From positions 1,248,001 through 1,312,000 of the forward strand of contig OZ253665.1 in the NCBI GenBank assembly GCA_965263295.1: a DNA stretch of 64,000 nucleotides, given 5' to 3'. The position numbers and the translations under genes are program-made. Numbering within the stretch: the first letter of the stretch is position 1; every line of letters begins with the position of its first letter. The notes beneath the pieces were generated by a model that was given only the letters and a program-made list of their open reading frames with translations, was not told the origin of the DNA and searched no databases. Positions 48,066-57,932 of this stretch are shown piece by piece. The stretch is from Spirochaetia bacterium. GTDB taxonomy: Bacteria; Spirochaetota; Spirochaetia; SP-2023.

Positions 48066-51000
48066 TTAACACCAGTCCCCTTCTGAGTCTACTTTTGTCA
48101 TGTTCTCTGGCCCGTATTCCTGCAGCAAGGTCAAGGACAGCTGACGGTCGCGTTTTGTCGGTATCAGGTTGAGCAGGCAAGGGATCATGAACAGAGTAAA
48201 CATAGTCGAGACGGCCAGGCCGCCGGCGACGGCAATGCCCAAGGGTTGCAGCACGTTCATGCCGTCGCCGAGTGCCAGGGCAATGGGCAGCATGCCCAGC
48301 AGCGTGGTAAACATGGTGATCAAGATCGGGGTCAGGCGCAAGGAGCAAGCATGGGCGATGGATTCACGCTTGAGCTGTGCGAAAGAGCGCTGCCCCGCTG
48401 CGGCACAGCGCTCTTTCAGGGTCAGCAGCACAAAGTCGATCATGATGATGGCGTTGTTGACCGCAATGCCACCGAGCAAAATCATGCCCAAAAGGGAGTT
48501 CAGCGAGATGCTGGAGTCGCAGAGCCAGAGAAAGAAAATGCTGCCCGTAATGCCCAGCGGTACCGTTACCAGAATAATCAGTGGGTAACGGTAGGAACTG
48601 AACTGGGCGCACATCAAGGCAAAAACCAGGAGCAAGGCGATGGCCAGGGCCGTGCCCAAGGAGCGGATGGCGTCCTGAATATCTTTCTTCGTGTCGAACC
48701 AGTTGTAGCTGACGCCCGGCATAACGACATCGGGGTTGGCTGCGAGCAGTTGTTCCAAATCTTGTTTTGCCGCATTGATCTGGGTCGGAGTGGCTGGGTC
48801 CTCGGTGTCTAAGTACAGGGCAATGTAGAATTGACGCGCACCGTCTACGCTCGCAATGCTGGACTCCTGCTCATCGCGCTCAAAAGTCACAAAATGGTGC
48901 AGGGGAATGTACTGGATGCCCTCGTCTACGCTCACCTGCACGGGATAATTGTAAATACTCTGGTAATCCCGGTTCCGGACCCGAGGATTTCGAATTTGCA
49001 CCGTGCGGGTATCGCTGCCTTTATCGCCCTGAACTTTGAGATCTTTTACGGTCGTCTGCAAGGAGTAGGACAATTCATTTTGCAGGTTGAGCCCGCTGAA
49101 TTTTTCAATCATGCCCCGCCGCGCTACCAGATTGAGGACAGGCTGGCCTTTGAGAGAGCTGGGTTCACTGTCGATGTAATAACGGTAGCCTTGCATGAAG
49201 TCTTCGACGTCAAGCTGCTCTTGCGGCTCATCTGCGTCCACAGCTTCTTCGGATGTCTCCGCTTCTCGCTCCTCGGTTGCGCCAGAGTCGCCCGCTTGGG
49301 AATCGGCAGCCTCACTATTCTTGCCGTCCGGATTTTCTTCGGCGGACACTTGGCTTTGCTGATCTGCATCACGGTTTCCCTGATTTTCCTTTAACTCATC
49401 TTTGTCTGTTTCCTGCTGTTTTTGCCGCGCGGCAAGGGCCACAGCCAAGGCCTTTTGGGCGGCCTCGACGCGCTCTTTTTGATCCTCATCAATCAGGCGC
49501 GTGACCGCCCGCAGGCTTTCGAGGACCTGGGTGGTTTCGGTGCCGCGGAATTCCAAGCGCAAGTCTTGAGTTTTAGGCAGGGGCAGTTCAACCGGGTCCC
49601 AGGGAAAGGCTTGAAAATGATATTCTTTGGCTGGATCAAATTCTAGCTCGGCGTTCTGGATGCCTGGACTCTGACCATTCGCCATGTCAGCTGCTGAGGC
49701 GCCCCGCGCCGGCTTATCCGCAGCGCCCGCCATTGCTTCTGGCGCCCCAGCTTCACCGCCAGCTTGCGCTTCTTGTCTCCCTTTTTGCTTCTTCTGCTGT
49801 AAAAATTCTTTTAGGCGTTCGTCGAAGTGCTGCTGCAAGGCCTGTAAAGCTGCGGCGCCGTGGCGACTGGAACTAAGGGTGATTATGGACAACATTGAAC
49901 TTTTATTGCCGGATTGCGAAAATACCGATTCTACCTTCGCGCCGAGGACGTCATAAATCTCTTTCGTCACGCCATCGATAAACGCGACAACAGCCTCCTG
50001 GTCTTCATAGCCCGGCTCAAATTTGAACCACACAACGACGCGGTTACTGCTGGGCGTGCCGATGATGGTTTGCCGAATGCGCGGGCCCAAAATAAACAGG
50101 CTGAGGGCAAACAGAACAATGCTGGCAGAGATGAACAGCCACTGTGCGCCGCGCCGCGCCAAAAAGGCGCGCAGAACGCGGTGGTAGGCTGCCGTCAAAA
50201 GGCCAGCAAAACGCTCGCTCAAACGTTCAAGGCGGCCGGCTTGATATGCGGAATGCCGCCCATCTCCGAGAGCGTCCTGAGGGCGAAACATATAAAAAGC
50301 CAGCACGGGAACGACGAGCAAGGCGATGATCAGGGAACAGAGCAGGGCAAAGACGATGGTCTGTGCCAGGTCGCCGAGTATGGCCTCTGCCAACGGCGCG
50401 GTAAAAGATAGCGGCAAAAAGACGACCACGCTGGTCAAAGTGGAGGCCAGCACGGGCAGCCAGACCTGCCGGGTCGCACAGGCCACGACCTGCCAGGCGC
50501 GCAACTGGGGCTCTTGCAGGCGAATGCGGTGGATGTTTTCCGTCACAACGATGCTGGCGTCTACCACCATGCCGGTGGCGATGGTCATCCCCCCCAGGGA
50601 AATCATGTTGATGCTGACGCCCATGTAATAAAGCAGACTCAACGACATTACAATTGTCAGTGGGATGGAAAAGGCAATCATCACGATGTTGCGCAATTGC
50701 CCCAGGAAAATAATCACGACCAAAATGGCGAGGATGGCCCCACTGAAGCCGGCATAGACGACGTTGCGGATGGCCAGATTGATGTAGTCCGCCGGGTCGA
50801 GAATTCGTTGCATCCGTACCTGACTCATCAAAGTCCCGTGGCTTTGGGCCTGCGCAATGATCTGGTCGAGGCTGCGCGAAATCAGGCGCAGGTCCGCGCC
50901 ATTTTCCGGATTGACAAAGACCAGAACGTTAGTTCTGCCGTCGATGCGACTGATCCATTCGTAGGGCTCATACCTAATCTTAATGTCGGCAATGTCTTTG

Positions 51001-51800
51001 AGATAGATCGGCTGTCCACCGCGCTCGGTAACTACTAGGTCCTCCATCTCGTAGAGTGTCAGCTGGTCTTTCTTGAAGCGCAAGTCGACCCACTCGTTCG
51101 AGATGGCAATATTGGCGATTGAGCTGCTTTTGTTTGTGCTCGAAATGCCATTGGCGACCTGGGCCGGGCTGATGCCATATTGCCGCATCTTTGCGCGATC
51201 CAGGGTGACATTGCTGACCAATTGCTCAACAGCTACACTTTCGACCTGAGCCACCCCCTTAATGCCGCGGAAACGCGGCACCAGATCGCGTTCAATCAGT
51301 TGGAAAATACTGTCAGCAGGCAAGGTATTGGAGGCAAATCCTAAATAGATTGTGCCACCTCCACTGTCGTTAGTATAGGAATATACCTCATAATCGTCCC
51401 GGCTATCTTCGGGCAGCGACTGGGCCAGGGAGCTGAACGTTTGTTCCACGCGGCGTTTGGCGTCGGCGTTGTCTATGCCCCAGTCAAAGGTCAGCTCATA
51501 TCCCACGCTATACCCGTAATCGCCGCGAACTTCACTGACGCCGTCGAGATTCCCCAGGCTTTCTTCAATCTGTTCGCCATAACTACTGTAAAAGTCGCTG
51601 GGGGGCAGGCCGGAACTCGGCACATAGATAGAGACTCGCGGGCGCTCTACCCCAGGGTAGAGACCGACACTGAGCTTGCGGCCGAGGTAGCCCCCCGCCA
51701 CGAGACATAGCAGCAGCAGCAGGACCACAATGCGGCGCTGGGCCAGAATGTGATACACATAACTGTGGCGGGCCTGCCGCAGTAGGGGGGAGTCGTTCAT
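48066..51800 (-). CDS. RND transporter (AcrB/AcrD/AcrF family) with long periplasmic insertions
   Basis: GMVVDASIVVTENI, STLTSVVVFLP, GIAVNNAI, RLTPILIT, GMLPIAL and PLGIAVAGGL. Confidence 0.92.
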   Translation of the reverse strand: MNDSPLLRQARHSYVYHILAQRRIVVLLLLLCLVAGGYLGRKLSVGLYPGVERPRVSIYVPSSGLPPSDFYSSYGEQIEESLGNLDGVSEVRGDYGYSVGYELTFDWGIDNADAKRRVEQTFSSLAQSLPEDSRDDYEVYSYTNDSGGGTIYLGFASNTLPADSIFQLIERDLVPRFRGIKGVAQVESVAVEQLVSNVTLDRAKMRQYGISPAQVANGISSTNKSSSIANIAISNEWVDLRFKKDQLTLYEMEDLVVTERGGQPIYLKDIADIKIRYEPYEWISRIDGRTNVLVFVNPENGADLRLISRSLDQIIAQAQSHGTLMSQVRMQRILDPADYINLAIRNVVYAGFSGAILAILVVIIFLGQLRNIVMIAFSIPLTIVMSLSLLYYMGVSINMISLGGMTIATGMVVDASIVVTENIHRIRLQEPQLRAWQVVACATRQVWLPVLASTLTSVVVFLPLSFTAPLAEAILGDLAQTIVFALLCSLIIALLVVPVLAFYMFRPQDALGDGRHSAYQAGRLERLSERFAGLLTAAYHRVLRAFLARRGAQWLFISASIVLFALSLFILGPRIRQTIIGTPSSNRVVVWFKFEPGYEDQEAVVAFIDGVTKEIYDVLGAKVESVFSQSGNKSSMLSIITLSSSRHGAAALQALQQHFDERLKEFLQQKKQKGRQEAQAGGEAGAPEAMAGAADKPARGASAADMANGQSPGIQNAELEFDPAKEYHFQAFPWDPVELPLPKTQDLRLEFRGTETTQVLESLRAVTRLIDEDQKERVEAAQKALAVALAARQKQQETDKDELKENQGNRDADQQSQVSAEENPDGKNSEAADSQAGDSGATEEREAETSEEAVDADEPQEQLDVEDFMQGYRYYIDSEPSSLKGQPVLNLVARRGMIEKFSGLNLQNELSYSLQTTVKDLKVQGDKGSDTRTVQIRNPRVRNRDYQSIYNYPVQVSVDEGIQYIPLHHFVTFERDEQESSIASVDGARQFYIALYLDTEDPATPTQINAAKQDLEQLLAANPDVVMPGVSYNWFDTKKDIQDAIRSLGTALAIALLLVFALMCAQFSSYRYPLIILVTVPLGITGSIFFLWLCDSSISLNSLLGMILLGGIAVNNAIIMIDFVLLTLKERCAAAGQRSFAQLKRESIAHACSLRLTPILITMFTTLLGMLPIALALGDGMNVLQPLGIAVAGGLAVSTMFTLFMIPCLLNLIPTKRDRQLSLTLLQEYGPENMTKVDSEGDWC

Positions 51801-51848
51801 CGCAAGTTTTACTTACCTTGTACAGTCGCTCTCAGGTTTCCGCGGTTT

Positions 51849-52787
51849 TCAGTCCCGCGCAGCGGGACTTGAGTCTGTGCCCGTAGCGCTTTCGTCTGTA
51901 AACTCGTCGGAACCTAGTTGTTGCCCTTCCTTGACGATGACCCCGTTTAGTTCCGAGATATAGCGCTGACCCGCTTCCAGACCGTCGCGCACGCGCCAGA
52001 ATTCGTTGCGGCGCACATCGAGCTGAACCTGTTTAAGTGAAATTTTGTTCTCACCATCGACAAGCCAGACGGATTCTTTGCCATGGCGGCGCACTATCGC
52101 GCCGACAGGAATATAGAATCCCTCGGTAAAACTGAGCTGGCCGCTGGCAATCACAAACTTGCCGCCGTAAAGCTTGGAGTTGGGCGCAAAGGAGATGTCA
52201 ATCGGAAATAATCCCTGTTCGGTGGGAATGTAGTCGCGCTGCCACAGGCGGCCGGCAATCAGGTTGTCCGCACTCAAGTTGTCGCGTTTGCCGTCTAGGT
52301 GAATGTAAAAAGGTGTGTCGCTGTCGAGCAGCGGGAAATCGACGTCACTGATGTAATTACGGAGCAGGAGCGTGCTTTGATCGACAACCTGCAGGGCGGC
52401 TTCACTGGTGCCAACCATCTGCTGAGGCTTAATGGCTAGGCGAGAGACTATGCCAGAACTGCGCGCGTAGACCACGCTGATGCGGAATATTTTACCCCGC
52501 AAATCAATGGGCAAGACACTAAACAGTTTATCACCAGTGCGCACTCGTTGCCCTGAGCGCACATAGATTTCCTGGACCTCGCCAGATGCCACCGGATAAT
52601 GGCTTATGATCCGAATGGGCTGCAGTTGGCCTTGCAGTGGCAATTGCTGTGGCAATTTCTGCATTTGCAAGGTTTCTACCGTAACCTTCTGGGCCGGCAG
52701 CAAGGCGCCGCCAGCCCACAGCAGCGCACAGCACAACGCGGGCGCCCAATTTATAGCTGGGAAGTATCTAATGATATTGTGGGGCAT
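51849..52787 (-). CDS. RND periplasmic adaptor (MFP)
   Basis: Lipoyl-like halves (SGEVQEIYV..GQRV..GD.LF; A..SGIVS), IPVGAIV and V.DGLEAGQ; very short hairpin. Confidence 0.8.
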   Translation of the reverse strand: MPHNIIRYFPAINWAPALCCALLWAGGALLPAQKVTVETLQMQKLPQQLPLQGQLQPIRIISHYPVASGEVQEIYVRSGQRVRTGDKLFSVLPIDLRGKIFRISVVYARSSGIVSRLAIKPQQMVGTSEAALQVVDQSTLLLRNYISDVDFPLLDSDTPFYIHLDGKRDNLSADNLIAGRLWQRDYIPTEQGLFPIDISFAPNSKLYGGKFVIASGQLSFTEGFYIPVGAIVRRHGKESVWLVDGENKISLKQVQLDVRRNEFWRVRDGLEAGQRYISELNGVIVKEGQQLGSDEFTDESATGTDSSPAARD

Positions 52788-53071
52788 GAGCTCGGCATTC
52801 CAGTCAACGGCTGTTCAAAACTCGGCAGAGGATAAAATACCTTCAATCTCAAGTCAAGGAGTTATCACAAGTTCCCGGTGTTGTCAAATTCATTCGCCCA
52901 ATTCAGATGAAATAATGGTGAAATAGTTATGAACTAACGGACTCAGATGGATTATGAATTTTGCTTGCACCATGCCGTTAGTCCAGTTAGAATCGCGCCA
53001 AAATAAATTGACAAAAGTAGAGCGGCAAATGGACCTGGTTCGCGAAATCTTGCTTTTAAAAGGATAATATT

Positions 53072-54490
53072 GTGGCATTTTATCTGACGTGTCTTTTGCT
53101 CGCGTCCATTATTTTTATTGTCGTGGCCACCAGCAAGCTCCACATTCACCCATTTATATGTTTGATTATGGCTTCTTTCATCGTTGCCTTTGGAGTAGCC
53201 ATCCCACAGGCAAATGGCTACTTACTTTTTACAGAAAAGCCCCCGATCAATTTTCAAGTTATTGCCGAAATTATCCGAGCTGGCTTTGGCGGCATCATCG
53301 AACACATCGGCATTGTCATCGTCTTAGGTGCCATTATTGGTGTCATTTTGGAAAAATCGTTAGCCAGCATCAAAATGGCCGATTTTATCCTCAAATTAGT
53401 TGGTCCCAAAAGGCCGGCACTGGCAATGAGTCTCATTGGCTGGCTCGTCTCAATACCGGTATTTTGTGACTCGGGATACGTTATCTTGTCCAGCTTGAGA
53501 AAAAGTGTGACCAGAAAATCAAAAGTTAGCGCCGTAACGATGAGCGTCGCCTTGGCTACGGGCCTTTACGCATCCCACACCTTGGTGCCACCGACACCTG
53601 GCCCCATTGCGGCAGCTGGTAATTTGAATCTGCAAGATTCCCTTGGCTCTATCATTCTTGTCGGCAGTTTCGTTTCTGTTTTTTCCATGCTTGCCGGTTT
53701 CTTCTGGGCCAAATACATCGGTCAAAAAATTGAAATTGAAGAAGATTTTGAAAATGCCAGACGGGCACGCGAATCAGCTCAGAACATAGACCCGGCCGAA
53801 GTCACAGAGGAATCTGCACCATTGCCTTCGACATTTATGGCGTTTGCACCTATTTTAATTCCCATCATTTTACTTTCATTGGGAACCATAGTGAAGTTTA
53901 TTTATCCCGCCGGCTCCGGCTTTGGCTGGGGTCTATTTGCATTTCTGGGAAAGCCCGTAAATGCTTTAATGATCGGTTTCTTTGTATCGCTAAAACTTTT
54001 GCCCAATTGGAACAAAGAGACTTTGACCGGCTGGATTGGCGAGGGGGTCAAAACAGCTGGTCCCATCATTTTAGTTACGGGCGCGGGCGGGGCTTTCGGA
54101 GCAGTGATTCAAGCAACTCCGATGGCAGAAATTATTGGCGACAATCTGGCGCACTGGGGGCTGGGGCTTTTGGTGCCTTTCATTATTGCTGCCGCATTAA
54201 AGACCGCCCAGGGCTCCTCTACCACCGCTTTGGTTGTCACATCCTCTTTAATCGCACCGCTGCTTGACGACTTGGGTCTAAATTCAAGCATGGGCGCCGT
54301 TTTAACGGTGATGTCCATTGGTGCCGGTGCCATGACCGTATCGCACGCCAATGATTCATACTTCTGGGTCGTGGCCCAATTTACCGGCATGGAAACCGAG
54401 ACAGCTTACAAAACACAAACTGTCGCCACACTGATTCAGGGACTCGTGACTATAATCGTAGTCATCTCACTCGGTTTATTCTTGTTATAA
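53072..54490 (+). CDS. GntP-family permease (gluconate/D-glycerate-type)
   Basis: IPVFCDSG, HTLVPPTPGP, GAGGAFG, KTAQGSST and SHANDSYFW. Confidence 0.92.
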   Translation: MAFYLTCLLLASIIFIVVATSKLHIHPFICLIMASFIVAFGVAIPQANGYLLFTEKPPINFQVIAEIIRAGFGGIIEHIGIVIVLGAIIGVILEKSLASIKMADFILKLVGPKRPALAMSLIGWLVSIPVFCDSGYVILSSLRKSVTRKSKVSAVTMSVALATGLYASHTLVPPTPGPIAAAGNLNLQDSLGSIILVGSFVSVFSMLAGFFWAKYIGQKIEIEEDFENARRARESAQNIDPAEVTEESAPLPSTFMAFAPILIPIILLSLGTIVKFIYPAGSGFGWGLFAFLGKPVNALMIGFFVSLKLLPNWNKETLTGWIGEGVKTAGPIILVTGAGGAFGAVIQATPMAEIIGDNLAHWGLGLLVPFIIAAALKTAQGSSTTALVVTSSLIAPLLDDLGLNSSMGAVLTVMSIGAGAMTVSHANDSYFWVVAQFTGMETETAYKTQTVATLIQGLVTIIVVISLGLFLL

Positions 54491-54564
54491 TCCTACGAAA
54501 TGAGGGGAAGCCATCATGGCTGGACTCAAGTGCGCCTTCAGTCAAGCTTTGTGCCCCGATCGCG

Positions 54565-54605
54565 ATTGGAAACAGCATTGACATTGGAAACAGCGCGATT
54601 GAAAC
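54565..54605. repeat. Short direct-repeat cluster (ATTGGAAACAGC x2 plus ATTGAAAC)
   Basis: Copies at 54565-54576 and 54583-54594, with a degenerate third copy ending at 54605. Confidence 0.7.
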
Positions 54606-54711
54606 CGAAAGGTTCTTGTTGCAATTCAAATGTGCTAATGCCCGGTCTTAGTCAGTCGACAGGGAAGCGGGTTTTTTAGTTTAGTATGTTAGCAAGTTCA
54701 AGACCCCCAAA

Positions 54712-55836
54712 TTATCTGTAATATATCTGTGTTAGATTTCTGTACGAAGTCGATAAATCTTTCTTCATTACCTCTGTATTTGTTTCCACAGATATACTGA
54801 ATCTTTCCAGGCTCTTACCCAGGGTGAAGAGAGAATCGTATTTAATAACTCCCAAATTAAGGCCATGTTCCAATTCAAGTGCGTTCGGGGTTCCTTTCTT
54901 CACACAAACTAGGCCTCTATTTGCCCGCAAGTAAGTTCTTGCACTGGAAACGCCTCCACGGCCTTGTAGCACAAAGTGGGAGCAAGACATAATAATACAA
55001 GTATAAACCAGCGAGTTAGTACGGGAATAATAGCTAATATCAATTATTGACTTTGCAAAAAACTTTATAAATATACAATACATATCTATTATTATTATTC
55101 TCTGTATTTTATTTGAGGGATCGACAAAAAGAATAATTTTATACTTATTCGATATCCGGGAAACAAGCAAACCATTGATAAATGCGATTACTTCAACCAG
55201 GTTAAAACAACCCCGTTTACTCCCCAGCAGAATTTTATTTTCCTGTACGTCATGAACAGTATTTTGCGCCAGTATTTCACCAAACAGCTTTGTGTGGACA
55301 ACCGGCATTGTTGAGAATGGATCGCGTGCTTCAATTATATTAAAGTCGCTTCTCCGCAAAATCTTTTCCAGCGGCCTTCTAAAAGCACCCCCATTAGTGA
55401 TAAAGTTTTTAATAAACGGAAGCATATAAATATCATCTTCACCAATACGCAATTCTTCACAAGGCATAATCTGCCCAAACCGTTTTATAGATTTCTTCCA
55501 CCTAGCCACTTCATCATCAGTAAGAAAGACATACATCCTCTCTATTGTTGAACTATCAAGGTCATACAAGTCCCGGCACACATAACTATTAAAAATAGTG
55601 AAAGACAAAAATGTTATGGAACTACTGAGTGAAATAGCTTCCACATCAGCCTTATTGTATGAAACAATGGGAATTTTTATGTAGGCCGGCAATGTAAAGT
55701 TGTCTTCATCATCCAAGGTAAGAAATACAAACCTACTGGATTGTAAACCACAACCAGTAACCAATACATCAATATACAAGTTAGTAAAAACATGGTTGGA
55801 TTTACCCACTATTACATGCTTCTCCAAATAATCCAT
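54712..55836 (-). CDS. AT-rich hypothetical protein, possibly a distant GT-B glycosyltransferase (WecF/GT56-like)
   Basis: 374-aa ORF with a GAGG SD. The C-terminal Y..II..CS.F....RGGV......L....V.....TP pattern loosely recalls WecF. Confidence 0.4.
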   Translation of the reverse strand: MDYLEKHVIVGKSNHVFTNLYIDVLVTGCGLQSSRFVFLTLDDEDNFTLPAYIKIPIVSYNKADVEAISLSSSITFLSFTIFNSYVCRDLYDLDSSTIERMYVFLTDDEVARWKKSIKRFGQIMPCEELRIGEDDIYMLPFIKNFITNGGAFRRPLEKILRRSDFNIIEARDPFSTMPVVHTKLFGEILAQNTVHDVQENKILLGSKRGCFNLVEVIAFINGLLVSRISNKYKIILFVDPSNKIQRIIIIDMYCIFIKFFAKSIIDISYYSRTNSLVYTCIIMSCSHFVLQGRGGVSSARTYLRANRGLVCVKKGTPNALELEHGLNLGVIKYDSLFTLGKSLERFSISVETNTEVMKKDLSTSYRNLTQIYYR

Positions 55837-55845
55837 TTAACACCT

Positions 55846-57093
55846 CTACCTCAATTTTTGCTCTTCCTTGGGATTAAAGCCTGCTTTTCTGATAATATCG
55901 TCGATGTCCTGCGTGCGCAATGACTGCGGATAAAAGACCTTTTTTGTTCTAAGATCGACAGAGCCCGGAATGCCGGCCTTCTGGAGGCAGGCTTCCAGTC
56001 GGTTCTTGCAGTCATGACATTCCATGTCCGGCACTTTAATAAAAGTCATGGCTGCGCCCCGACCTTTTATCTTCCACTTTTCTAAAGCATTCTGCATTCT
56101 TCTGATTAGAGGTTTCAACAGAAAGATCATCAGGAACAGCGCAATACCATAGTCAAGAATGGAGTGGTGGCTGTGCTGCTTCGTGGGATGTGCCAACTCG
56201 GAAACGCCGAGAGATTGGTACAGAAAATCTGCGGCATATCCGGTGAGCATTGAGGCCACAATTAAAAATCCGACATAGTAGCAGAGCTCCCTGCGGGTAA
56301 AAATGCTGCGCAGCATGACCATGGCACTGACGTTAAAGACCGGGCCAGCAGTCAGAAATACAAAGATATCCCCGATGCTCAGACCCTTGAGCAATAAACT
56401 GTAGGCGAGGGGCACGGAAGCGGTCGCGCAGACGTAGAGGGGCAGTCCGAGAACGAGCATGAACAAATGAGAGAAAAAACTCAGCTGCAAGACAGAGTTT
56501 TCCAGCAAGTTGTCCGGGAGGAAAAAACCCACCGAGGCTCCCAAAATCACGCCGCAAATATAGCGCATTGACATTTCACTGTTTAAGAAACGCACAAAGC
56601 TATAGTTGAAAGCCTCTTGGATATTGGGCCAGTTAAGCGCCTTCCTGGATTCTCTGGGTGTCTTCCCGTCGTCTTGTACTCGTCCTTCTCTTTGGGAGAC
56701 AGCGTGACGTTCCATAAAGAAGCCCCCTAGCACGCCCGTGATCAGGGCGCTCAGAACCCGAAACACAGCCGCGAATGGGCCTAAAATGCCGTAATACATA
56801 GTCACGGAATCCACGCCGGTCATCGGTGTGGAGATAAGGAAGGACGCCACCGCACCTTTGGACGCCCCGCGTTCCTGCAAAAATTTGGCTGTAGGTATAA
56901 CGCCACAACTGCACAGCGGCAGGGGAATGCCCAACGCGGTGGCCTTGATGCAGCTCCATCTCCCGCTCAAGTGCCGCAGAACCATCTCTTTTGTCAACAA
57001 AAGCTGGAAAATAGCGACAAATACCAGCCCCAATGTGAAGTAAAAAGAAACTTCCACGTAGTATTCCCATAAATACGATAAGAACATGGTCAT
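55846..57093 (-). CDS. DUF318/ArsP-type (SO_0444-like) metal permease with a C-terminal HMA domain
   Basis: PLPLCSCGVIP, FLISTP.TGVDS, PLYVCATASVP, FLTAGP, a His-rich loop (HPTKQHSHH) and HMA DMECHDC. Confidence 0.88.
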   Translation of the reverse strand: MTMFLSYLWEYYVEVSFYFTLGLVFVAIFQLLLTKEMVLRHLSGRWSCIKATALGIPLPLCSCGVIPTAKFLQERGASKGAVASFLISTPMTGVDSVTMYYGILGPFAAVFRVLSALITGVLGGFFMERHAVSQREGRVQDDGKTPRESRKALNWPNIQEAFNYSFVRFLNSEMSMRYICGVILGASVGFFLPDNLLENSVLQLSFFSHLFMLVLGLPLYVCATASVPLAYSLLLKGLSIGDIFVFLTAGPVFNVSAMVMLRSIFTRRELCYYVGFLIVASMLTGYAADFLYQSLGVSELAHPTKQHSHHSILDYGIALFLMIFLLKPLIRRMQNALEKWKIKGRGAAMTFIKVPDMECHDCKNRLEACLQKAGIPGSVDLRTKKVFYPQSLRTQDIDDIIRKAGFNPKEEQKLR

Positions 57094-57118
57094 CCTCCAT
57101 ACCTCCAACTTTTTAAAC

Positions 57119-57154
57119 TAAATAAAAGAATATATGTTCTTTTATTTATGTCAA
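57119..57154 (-). promoter_or_regulatory. Permease promoter overlapped by an ArsR/SmtB-type inverted repeat
   Basis: TTGACA-16 nt-TATTCT on the minus strand. Perfect 12-bp arms TAAATAAAAGAA-N6-TTCTTTTATTTA at 57119-57148. Confidence 0.7.
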
Positions 57155-57266
57155 GTGTATTTCTATAACTTCAAAATTCTTCTATTGACAAACAAATAAT
57201 TAGTAGACATTAATTTATCATAATTTATCATTGGCGGGCAGCGTTTCGCCAACAAAGGGGTATGAT

Positions 57267-57841
57267 ATGTCTGATCGGCAAGCAGATTCGGCAACTTGGG
57301 AGATCGGTCTCATCGGCGGGGCAGAGAAACGCGACATCCGCATAGTGGAACACAACCCCGCGTGGGGCCAAATCTTCTGGCGCCACGTGGATCGGATCGA
57401 CGCAGCACTTTTCGGGCTTGCGCACCAGGTTGAACATATTGGCTCAACTGCAGTCAGTGGCCTGCCGGCGAAACCGATCATAGATATCCTCCTTGTGTCG
57501 TGCCCGACTCAGCCGAAGAGGCAGCGTACCTGCCTCAACTGCTCAATGTCGGCTATCAGCTGCGGGCAAGGGAACCAGACTTCCACGAACACCGGATGGT
57601 CCGAACGCCGCAGCGCGATGTGCATGTGCACGTATTCTCGAAAGGCAACGTCGAAATTGAACGCTACAGACTCTTCCGAGACCACTTGCGCGCGAATACC
57701 AAATGCCGTGACGAATACGCACGGCTTAAGCGTGATCTGATCGCCCAATCGCAAGGGGATATGGAAGCCTACGCCGGAGCAAAGACAGACTTTGTCGAGC
57801 ACGTCATCGCTCTCGCAAGACACGCGATGAATCAAAAATAA
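57267..57841 (+). pseudogene. GrpB/UPF0157 nucleotidyltransferase-fold protein, frameshifted
   Basis: The N-half (HIGSTAVSGLPAKPIIDILL) and the C-half (PDSAEE...HVHVF...FRDHLR...YARLK...Y..AK..FV) lie in different frames. The junction CTTGTGTCGTGCCC is at about 57492-57505. Confidence 0.8.
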
Positions 57842-57932
57842 ACTTGATCTGTTCAAAGCGTGATGGTAATATATCGGAGTATTTTGCTATAATTTAATCA
57901 ATAAAAATATTTCAAAATGAAAAGAGGAAATT

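Noticed and set aside
48064..48348. 95-aa His-rich N-terminal extension of TolC in the ORF track
   Set aside because: It overlaps the RND gene in another frame; the signal peptide starts at ATG 48063.
54565..54605. CRISPR-like ATTGAAAC ends
   Set aside because: The units are only 12 bp with gaps of a few nucleotides; there are no spacer-length intervals and no cas genes.
54633..54694. attC-like site (TGCTAAC...ATTAGCA on the minus strand) after the AT-rich gene, plus GTTAAAT before its ATG
   Set aside because: The R' box lacks the invariant GTT, the inner arms barely pair, the upstream heptamer is not complementary to R'', and no integrase is present.
56633..57100. Out-of-frame 155-aa ORF with GGAGGT directly before its ATG
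   Set aside because: The SD has no spacing from that ATG and fits ATG 57093 of the permease better.
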